Of a stretch of 23,666 nt of DNA, positions 18,045 through 23,666 are shown piece by piece; positions within the stretch are counted from its first letter, which is position 1, and each line of letters starts with the position of its first letter. Origin of the DNA: a virus (taxonomy: Duplodnaviria; Heunggongvirae; Uroviricota; Caudoviricetes). The stretch lies in the IMG/VR virus record IMGVR_UViG_2617270998_000010. The stretch is one strand, 5' to 3'. A program made the position numbers and the translations under genes. The notes under the pieces were generated by a model, which made no database searches, had not been told where the DNA came from, and saw only the letters and a program-made list of their open reading frames with translations.

Positions 18045-18469
18045 CGCGTGCGCTGGCAGTAGTGGTGGCGCTGATACTCGTTGCGCTGGGCTGGCAGTCG
18101 TGGCGGCTTAACAGCGCCAGCCACACCATCGAAACGCAGCGCGCGGCGCTAGAAAGTAAAGCGCAGGAACTAACGAAGAAAAATAGCCAGTTGATCAGTC
18201 TGTCCATTCTGGCTGAAACCAACAACCGGGAGCAGGCGCGGCTCTATGCCGAATCAGAACAGACCAGCGCGCTGCTGAGACAACGACAACACCGGATCGA
18301 GGAACTGAAACGTGAGAACGAGGATTTACGCCGCTGGGCTGATATTCCTTTGCCTACTGACATTATCCGGCTGCGGGAACGTCCGACACTCACCGGAGGT
18401 GCAGCTTACCGTCAGTGGTTGTCCGCGAGTGACGCCGTGTCGGCTGGATCAGGCAACGCCGCGCACTAA
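18041..18469 (+). CDS. lysB: LysB-like i-spanin (Rz-like)
   Basis: 142 aa; N-terminal TM helix followed by a charged coiled-coil; follows the endolysin. Confidence 0.7.
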   Translation: MTRALAVVVALILVALGWQSWRLNSASHTIETQRAALESKAQELTKKNSQLISLSILAETNNREQARLYAESEQTSALLRQRQHRIEELKRENEDLRRWADIPLPTDIIRLRERPTLTGGAAYRQWLSASDAVSAGSGNAAH

Positions 18470-18602
18470 CGGTGATCTGAACGCGTTGCTGGATGAAACG
18501 GAGGCCGCCTGGGCGGTCTGTGCAGACAAAGTGGATATGATTATTGCTTGTCAGGAGCGAAACAGTGAACAAACCACAATCCCTGCGCCACGCCCTCAAT
18601 AA
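18312..18602 (+). CDS. lysC: LysC-like o-spanin lipoprotein (Rz1-like), embedded in the +1 frame of lysB and extending into R
   Basis: 96 aa with lipoprotein signal and lipobox (LLTLSGC); embedded arrangement as in P2 lysB/lysC. Confidence 0.6.
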   Translation: MRTRIYAAGLIFLCLLTLSGCGNVRHSPEVQLTVSGCPRVTPCRLDQATPRTNGDLNALLDETEAAWAVCADKVDMIIACQERNSEQTTIPAPRPQ

Positions 18603-18996
18603 AGCGGTGCCTTATGTCCGCAATAACCCGGACAAACTGCATCTGTTTGTGGATAACGGTTCGCTGGTTGCCACGGGGGCCAGCTCCATGTCATGGGAGT
18701 ACCGCTACACCCTGAACGTGGTGATTGAGGATTTCAGCGGCGACCAGAATCTGCTGATGGCCCCGGTTTTGCTGTGGTTGCGGGATAACCAGCCCGATGC
18801 CATCAATAACCCGGCGTTACGGGAAAAGCTATTCACCTTTGAGGTGGATATTCTGCGCAACGATGTCTGTGATATCAGCCTTAACCTGCAACTGACGGAG
18901 CGTGTGCTGGTCAGCACTGACGGCAGTGTGTCGAACGTTGAAGCGGTAGCGGAACCTGATGAACCTGAAGAAATGTGGACGGTGAAACGTGGCTGA
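18565..18996 (+). CDS. R: Tail completion protein gpR
   Basis: ORF 18544..18996; preferred start GTG 18565 (AGGAG 7 nt upstream), ATG 18544 is the alternative; size and position as P2 R. Confidence 0.75.
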   Translation: MNKPQSLRHALNKAVPYVRNNPDKLHLFVDNGSLVATGASSMSWEYRYTLNVVIEDFSGDQNLLMAPVLLWLRDNQPDAINNPALREKLFTFEVDILRNDVCDISLNLQLTERVLVSTDGSVSNVEAVAEPDEPEEMWTVKRG

Positions 18997-19435
18997 ACTG
19001 CAGAAGGTGGACGACTGGCTGAGTGCATTATTGGCGAATCTGGAGCCAGCCGCAAGAAGCCGCATGATGCGCCAGCTGGCGCAGGAACTGCGCCGGACAC
19101 AGCAGCAGAACATCAGGATGCAGCGCAATCCAGATGGCAGCAGTTATGAGCCGCGCAGGGTAACAGCACGCAGCAAAAAGGGGCGCATCAAACGTCAGAT
19201 GTTTGCGAAGCTGCGCACCACAAAATACCTGAAAACTGCCGCCAGCGCCGACTCTGCCAGCGTGCAGTTTGAAGGCAAGGTGCAGCGCATTGCCCGCGTT
19301 CATCACTACGGCCTGCGTGATCGCGTCAGTCGCAAAGGACCTGAGGTCCGTTATGCAGAGCGTCGTTTGTTAGGGGGGAATGATGAAGTAGAAACTCGAA
19401 CTAGGAATATCCTAGTTCGATGGCTTATAAGTTAG
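18989..19435 (+). CDS. S: Tail completion protein gpS (3' end lies in AT-rich inserted DNA)
   Basis: 148 aa, size as P2 S (150 aa); the last roughly 13 codons fall in the AT-rich segment that carries the downstream accessory gene. Confidence 0.8.
   Translation: MAELQKVDDWLSALLANLEPAARSRMMRQLAQELRRTQQQNIRMQRNPDGSSYEPRRVTARSKKGRIKRQMFAKLRTTKYLKTAASADSASVQFEGKVQRIARVHHYGLRDRVSRKGPEVRYAERRLLGGNDEVETRTRNILVRWLIS
19397..19419. terminator. Perfect palindrome CGAACTAGG-AATAT-CCTAGTTCG at the convergent junction of S and the accessory gene; candidate bidirectional terminator
   Basis: 9-bp stems and 5-nt loop read directly; lies just 3' of the minus-strand gene stop (19432) and inside the last codons of S. 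Confidence 0.4.
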
Positions 19436-20091
19436 CTCTTATTTTTGGATGAGCGTAAAAGACTCATTAATTCTATGATGATTTTTTCTTGAAGTAGATT
19501 GGGGGTTTTTTCGAAACTTACATTGTGTTCACGTAATGTTTGAATGATTGTGCCGAACTCATCAGTATCACCTTGCGATAGTAAGAATGCAATTCTCTGG
19601 TTGTCATAGTCGTTGCTCATTTGCATGTTGTATTTAATGAACACAATAAATAACCGAAGTATATATCCAGTGAATAATATTCCAGATAAGATTAGTAAAT
19701 AAGGTGCCGCGGTTTCAATGGCTTTTTCAAAGGTGCTTTTAGTATTTAGGTATGTTGAATTAATACCTGATTCATTTTTTTTGATTATCGGGTTTGAATT
19801 TTTTGAAGCGTTGAGGTTTTCTGATGCTTGTGCAAGTTTATCAGTTAACTGTTGCATGATGGTGAACTTTTCGAAAGCAGATTCTATTTGCTGAGAGCTC
19901 AATCTAAGTGAGGCAAGTGCATTGTCACGCTTATTACTTTCTGCTTTATAAAAAATATAAGTTGCAGGAATGCAGAGTACAGCAGTTAATAAAATATATA
20001 AAAATAAGAGCGTAGTAATTTTAGAGCGGCTAGCTCGTTTTTCCATTGTTTTCAATATTTCGTTATATTTTTGTTCGTCAAGAACCATCAT
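19432..20091 (-). CDS. Hypothetical membrane protein (two predicted TM helices flanking a roughly 80-aa polar/coiled segment); AT-rich insertion between S and V
   Basis: ORF 19432..20193 (-). Preferred start is the ATG-ATG at 20091/20088 (AAGGA about 12 nt upstream); the ORF-track start is a GTG at 20193 that would overlap V. TM-like segments ITTLLFLYILLTAVLCIPATYIFY and AAPYLLILSGILFTGYILRLFIVFI. No family recognised. Confidence 0.55.
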   Translation of the reverse strand: MMVLDEQKYNEILKTMEKRASRSKITTLLFLYILLTAVLCIPATYIFYKAESNKRDNALASLRLSSQQIESAFEKFTIMQQLTDKLAQASENLNASKNSNPIIKKNESGINSTYLNTKSTFEKAIETAAPYLLILSGILFTGYILRLFIVFIKYNMQMSNDYDNQRIAFLLSQGDTDEFGTIIQTLREHNVSFEKTPNLLQEKIIIELMSLLRSSKNKS

Positions 20092-20118
20092 CTTAAATTT
20101 TATCCTTGGAAGATACAT

Positions 20119-20136
20119 TGTGCCATTTATAGCACA
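20119..20136. promoter_or_regulatory. TGT-N12-ACA dyad within a perfect palindrome (ATTGTGC-N9-GCACAAT), candidate Ogr/B site of late promoter PV
   Basis: Read directly; about 50 bp upstream of the V start, with a GATAAT -10-like hexamer at 20162-20167; lies in the divergent gap between V and the accessory gene. Confidence 0.45.
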
Positions 20137-20183
20137 ATGTACCTGATCTACCGTAGAAGTCGATAATTCATCATCCTTAGTAG

Positions 20184-20762
20184 ATGAACGCACAACTAAC
20201 AGAAATCATGCGCCTTATCACCAACCTGATCCGCACAGGGGTAGTCACCGAAGTGGACCGGGAAAACTGGCTTTGCCGGGTGAAAACGGGCGAGCTTGAA
20301 ACCAACTGGATCAGCTGGCTGACGCTGCGTGCCGGGAATGCCCGCACATGGTGGCGACCATCGGAAGGTGAGCAGGTGGTGGTGCTGAGTCTGGGAGGCA
20401 ATCTGGAAACTGCCTTTGCGTTGCCCGCAGTCTATTCGAATCAGTTCGCGCCACCTTCGACGTCGGCGGACGCCTGCGTGACAGAACATCCTGACGGTGG
20501 CTGGTTTGAATACGAACCCGCCACCGGGCGCTGGTATGTCAGGGGCATCAAATCCATGGTCATTGAGGCTGCCGACAACATCACCCTGAAAACCAGTGAG
20601 TTTGTGCTGGAGGCTGACCGCACGCGTATTAACAGCGAAGTAGTGATCAATGGTGGCGTTACCCAGGGCGGCGGTGCAATGAGTTCTAACGGAATTGTGG
20701 TTGATGCACATCAACATACTGGCGTCCTGAAAGGCGGCGATACAACCGGAGGCCCGGTATGA
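20184..20762 (+). CDS. V: Baseplate spike protein gpV
   Basis: 192 aa; IRTGVVTEVD...CRVKTGELETNWISWLTLRAGNARTWWRPSEGEQ parallels recalled P2 gpV (IRTGIIVETD...CRVQTGGMCTDWLQWLTHRAGRSRTWWAPSVGEQ). Confidence 0.85.
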   Translation: MNAQLTEIMRLITNLIRTGVVTEVDRENWLCRVKTGELETNWISWLTLRAGNARTWWRPSEGEQVVVLSLGGNLETAFALPAVYSNQFAPPSTSADACVTEHPDGGWFEYEPATGRWYVRGIKSMVIEAADNITLKTSEFVLEADRTRINSEVVINGGVTQGGGAMSSNGIVVDAHQHTGVLKGGDTTGGPV

Positions 20763-21118
20763 CGCTTTATAGCGGGATGAACAATACCAGCGGCAAAGTC
20801 ATTATTGATATTGACCATCTGCGCCAGTCGGTGCGGGACATTCTGCTGACGCCGCAGGGTAGCCGCATTGCCCGTCGGGAATATGGTTCCCTGCTGTCGG
20901 CACTGATAGACCAGCCACAAAATCCGGCGTTACGCCTGCAGGTCATGTCGGCAGTGTATGTGGCGCTGAGTCGCTGGGAGCCACGGCTGATGCTGGATTC
21001 CATCACCATCAACAGCAACTTTGACGGTTCTATGGTGGTGGAGCTGACCGGGCGGCGGAATAACGGTGTGCCTGTGTCCCTTTCCGTATCAACAGGAGCA
21101 GAGAATGGCAGTGATTGA
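20759..21118 (+). CDS. W: Baseplate wedge protein gpW (gp25-like)
   Basis: 119 aa, position and size as P2 W (115 aa); ATGA overlap with V. Confidence 0.85.
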   Translation: MTLYSGMNNTSGKVIIDIDHLRQSVRDILLTPQGSRIARREYGSLLSALIDQPQNPALRLQVMSAVYVALSRWEPRLMLDSITINSNFDGSMVVELTGRRNNGVPVSLSVSTGAENGSD

Positions 21119-22013
21119 CCTTTCGCAGTTGCCTGCACCGCAGATTGTGGATGTGCCGGACTTTGAGACGCTGCTTGCCGAACGCAAGGCTGAATTTGTG
21201 GCGCTTCATCCTAAAGATGAACAGGAAGCCGTGATCCGTACGCTGGAATTGGAATCTGAACCCGTCACCAAATTGTTGCAGGAGAACGCTTACCGTGAGT
21301 TGCTTCTGCGCCAGCGCATTAACGAAGCCGCGCAGGCGGTGATGGTGGCTTACGCGATGGGCGGCGATCTTGACCAGCTCGCTGCCAACTACAACGTGAA
21401 ACGCCTGACGGTGACGCCTGCTGATAATGATGCTGTGCCGCCCGTTGCGGCTGTGATGGAAAGTGATGAAGCGTTACGCCTGCGTGTGCCTGCAGCCTTT
21501 GAAGGGCTTTCAGTTGCGGGGCCAACTGCAGCTTATGAATTTCATGCCCGAAGCGCCGACGGTCGGGTGGCGGATGCCAGTGCAACCAGCCCGGCACCTG
21601 CAGAGGTGGTGCTGACTGTCCTTAGCCGCGAAGGCGATGGAACTGCAGAAAAAGACCTGCTGGACGTGGTGGAAAAAGCTCTGAACAGTGAGAACGTCCG
21701 CCCGGTGGCTGACCGTCTTACGGTTCGCAGCGCAGAAATCATCCCGTATCGCGTGGAAGCCACCATTTTTCTCTATCCGGGACCGGAAGCAGAGCCGGTA
21801 ATGGCAGCGGCAAAAGCCAGTCTGCAGAAGTACATTGCCAGCCAGACGAGGCTTGGTCGGGATATTCGCCGTAGCGCCATCTTTGCTGCTCTGCATGTTG
21901 AGGGTGTTCAACGTGTGGAACTGGCTTCCCCGCAGGCGGACGTGGTCCTGAACAAAACGCAGGCGGCATCATGTACGCAGTGGAGCGTGACCAACGGGGG
22001 AACGGATGAATAG
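21105..22013 (+). CDS. J: Baseplate assembly protein gpJ
   Basis: Start ATG 21105 (GGAG SD) inside ORF 21066..22013 (track start is a GTG); MAVIDLSQLPAPQIVDVPDFETLLAERKA matches recalled P2 gpJ N-terminus (MPIIDLNQLPAPDVVEELDFESILAERKA); 302 aa. Confidence 0.85.
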   Translation: MAVIDLSQLPAPQIVDVPDFETLLAERKAEFVALHPKDEQEAVIRTLELESEPVTKLLQENAYRELLLRQRINEAAQAVMVAYAMGGDLDQLAANYNVKRLTVTPADNDAVPPVAAVMESDEALRLRVPAAFEGLSVAGPTAAYEFHARSADGRVADASATSPAPAEVVLTVLSREGDGTAEKDLLDVVEKALNSENVRPVADRLTVRSAEIIPYRVEATIFLYPGPEAEPVMAAAKASLQKYIASQTRLGRDIRRSAIFAALHVEGVQRVELASPQADVVLNKTQAASCTQWSVTNGGTDE

Positions 22014-22611
22014 TCTGCTGCCACCGGGTTCAACGCCACTGGAGCGCCGACTGGCGCAAACCTGTAGCGGGATTTCTGATCTGCAGGTGTCACTGCGTGA
22101 CTTGTGGAATCCGGCAACCTGTCCGGTCAGTTTCCTGCCTTATCTCGCCTGGGCGTTCTCTGTGGATCGCTGGGACGAGGGCTGGACAGAAAGCGTCAAA
22201 CGCCAGGTAGTGAAGGATGCTTTTTATATTCATCAGCACAAAGGAACCACCAGTGCCGTACGGCGGGTGGTGGAGCCGTTCGGCTTCCTGATCCGCATTA
22301 TTGAGTGGTGGCAGACCGGAGAAACACCGGGCACGTTTCGTCTGGACATTGGTGTGCAGGACCAGGGCATCACTGAAGATACCTATCTGGAACTTGAGCG
22401 ACTGATAAGCGATGCCAAACCATGTAGCCGTCATATGATCGGCATGTCCATCAATCTGCAGACCAGCGGCCCGCATTGGGTGGGAGCCGCCAGTTATCTT
22501 GGCGAAGAAATCACGATCTATCCGTATATCAACGAAACAATTATTTCCGGCGGCACCGCGTATGAAGGCGGGGCGGTCCATGTTATTGACACAATGAGAG
22601 TGAATCCATGA
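22006..22611 (+). CDS. I: Baseplate protein gpI
   Basis: 201-aa ORF between J and H; conserved order. Confidence 0.85.
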   Translation: MNSLLPPGSTPLERRLAQTCSGISDLQVSLRDLWNPATCPVSFLPYLAWAFSVDRWDEGWTESVKRQVVKDAFYIHQHKGTTSAVRRVVEPFGFLIRIIEWWQTGETPGTFRLDIGVQDQGITEDTYLELERLISDAKPCSRHMIGMSINLQTSGPHWVGAASYLGEEITIYPYINETIISGGTAYEGGAVHVIDTMRVNP

Positions 22612-23666
22612 GCACAAAATTTTATACCCTGCTGACGGATATTGGCGCGGCGAAACTTGCCAGCGCCGCCGCGCTCGGTGTGCCGTTAAAAATTACCCAT
22701 ATGGCGGTGGGCGATGGCGGCGGAGCATTGCCGACGCCGGACGCAAAGCAGACAGCACTGGTAAATGAGAAACGCCGGGCTGCGCTGAATATGCTCTATA
22801 TCGACCCGCAGAACAGCAGCCAGATTATTGCTGAACAGGTGATCCCTGAAAATGAGGGTGGTTGGTGGATACGTGAAGTGGGTCTGTTTGATGAGTCCGG
22901 GGCATTGATTGCCGTAGGCAACTGCCCGGAAAGCTATAAGCCGCAACTGGCTGAAGGCAGCGGGCGCACCCAGACCGTGCGCATGGTGCTGATTACCAGC
23001 AGCACGGACAATATCACCCTGAAAATCGACCCTGCCGTCGTGCTGGCAACCCGCAAGTATGTGGATGACAAGGTACTGGAGCTGAAGGTGTTCGTGGATG
23101 ATAAGATGGCAAAACATCTTGCCGCACCGGACCCGCATTCACAGTATGCACCCAAAGAAAGCCCGACATTGACCGGAACACCCAAAGCGCCAACGCCAGC
23201 GGAGGGGAATAACACCACGCAGATTGCGACCACCGCGTTTGTTCAGGCGGCACTGATGGCCCTTATTAATGGTGCGCCAGCCACACTGGATACGCTGAAA
23301 GAAATTGCCGCTGCCATTAATAATGACCCGAAATTCAGTACCACCATTAACAATGCGCTGGCACTGAAAGCGCCGCTGTTAAGTCCGGCACTCACCGGAA
23401 CGCCAACAGCCCCCACTGCCGCACAGTCAGTTAACAATACACAGATTGCCACCACGGCTTTTGTGAAATCGGCAATTGCGGCAATGGTGGGGTCTGCACC
23501 TGCTGCACTGGATACACTGAACGAACTGGCTGCGGCGCTGGGGAATGACCCGAACTTTGCCACGACAATGCTTAATGCGCTGGCAGGTAAACAACCGCTG
23601 GACAATACGCTGACTAATTTGAGTGGAAAGGATGTAGCTGGTCTTCTCGCATACCTTGGTTTGGGA
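22608..23666 (+). CDS. H: Tail fibre protein gpH, N-terminal part (3' end beyond the window)
   Basis: Open frame from ATG 22608 (ATGA overlap with I) to the window edge; not in the ORF track because it has no stop. Translation MSTKFYTLLTDIGAAKLASAAALGVPLKITHMAVGDGGG...ESYKPQLAEGSGRTQTVRMV...NTQIATTAFV...LNELAAALGNDPNFATTMLNALAGKQP matches recalled P2 gpH, including the fibre repeat units. Confidence 0.85.
   Translation, partial: MSTKFYTLLTDIGAAKLASAAALGVPLKITHMAVGDGGGALPTPDAKQTALVNEKRRAALNMLYIDPQNSSQIIAEQVIPENEGGWWIREVGLFDESGALIAVGNCPESYKPQLAEGSGRTQTVRMVLITSSTDNITLKIDPAVVLATRKYVDDKVLELKVFVDDKMAKHLAAPDPHSQYAPKESPTLTGTPKAPTPAEGNNTTQIATTAFVQAALMALINGAPATLDTLKEIAAAINNDPKFSTTINNALALKAPLLSPALTGTPTAPTAAQSVNNTQIATTAFVKSAIAAMVGSAPAALDTLNELAAALGNDPNFATTMLNALAGKQPLDNTLTNLSGKDVAGLLAYLGLG

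Noticed and set aside
20092-20193. Long form of the S/V accessory gene starting at GTG 20193
   Set aside because: Would overlap the V start codon and run through the PV palindrome; the internal ATG-ATG at 20091/20088 with an AAGGA SD is more plausible, though not proven.
20196-20717. 173-aa minus-strand ORF inside gpV
   Set aside because: Fully contained in the conserved baseplate spike gene on the opposite strand; no independent support.
23243-23605. 120-aa minus-strand ORF inside the tail-fibre gene
   Set aside because: Antisense reading of the Ala-rich fibre repeat region; the plus-strand frame matches gpH.
1-23666. CRISPR arrays, tRNA or rRNA genes, IS elements
   Set aside because: No regularly spaced direct repeats, no tRNA-like cloverleaf candidates, and no transposase-like ORFs or terminal inverted repeats were seen; the attachment site and any tRNA target probably lie left of position 1.

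Overview
This window is most of a P2/186-family temperate myovirus prophage, read from the integrase end. Left to right: tyrosine integrase (1-1053, -); a 186-type immunity region (CI repressor on the minus strand, then an Apl-like excisionase and CII on the plus strand); an early operon with small ORFs, a TraR/DksA zinc finger, an orphan Dam methylase and the rolling-circle replication gene A; a LexA-box-controlled tum/DinI-like module; a probable cos site (about 10225-10243); then the late genes Q and P (minus strand) and O N M L X, lysis cassette, R S, V W J I and the 5' part of tail-fibre gene H (plus strand, runs off the window). Against this conserved backbone there are three AT-rich insertions carrying uncharacterised genes: (i) between cI and int, a 314-aa two-TM protein; (ii) around cos, in the old/tin position, a coupled 71-aa + 280-aa three-TM pair and a 232-aa Zn-ribbon protein with a DUF4145/HEPN-like C-terminus; (iii) between S and V, a roughly 220-aa two-TM protein. 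These are the best candidates for undescribed anti-phage or exclusion functions. All family assignments are from reading the translated ORFs and from memory of reference proteins; no database search was run.
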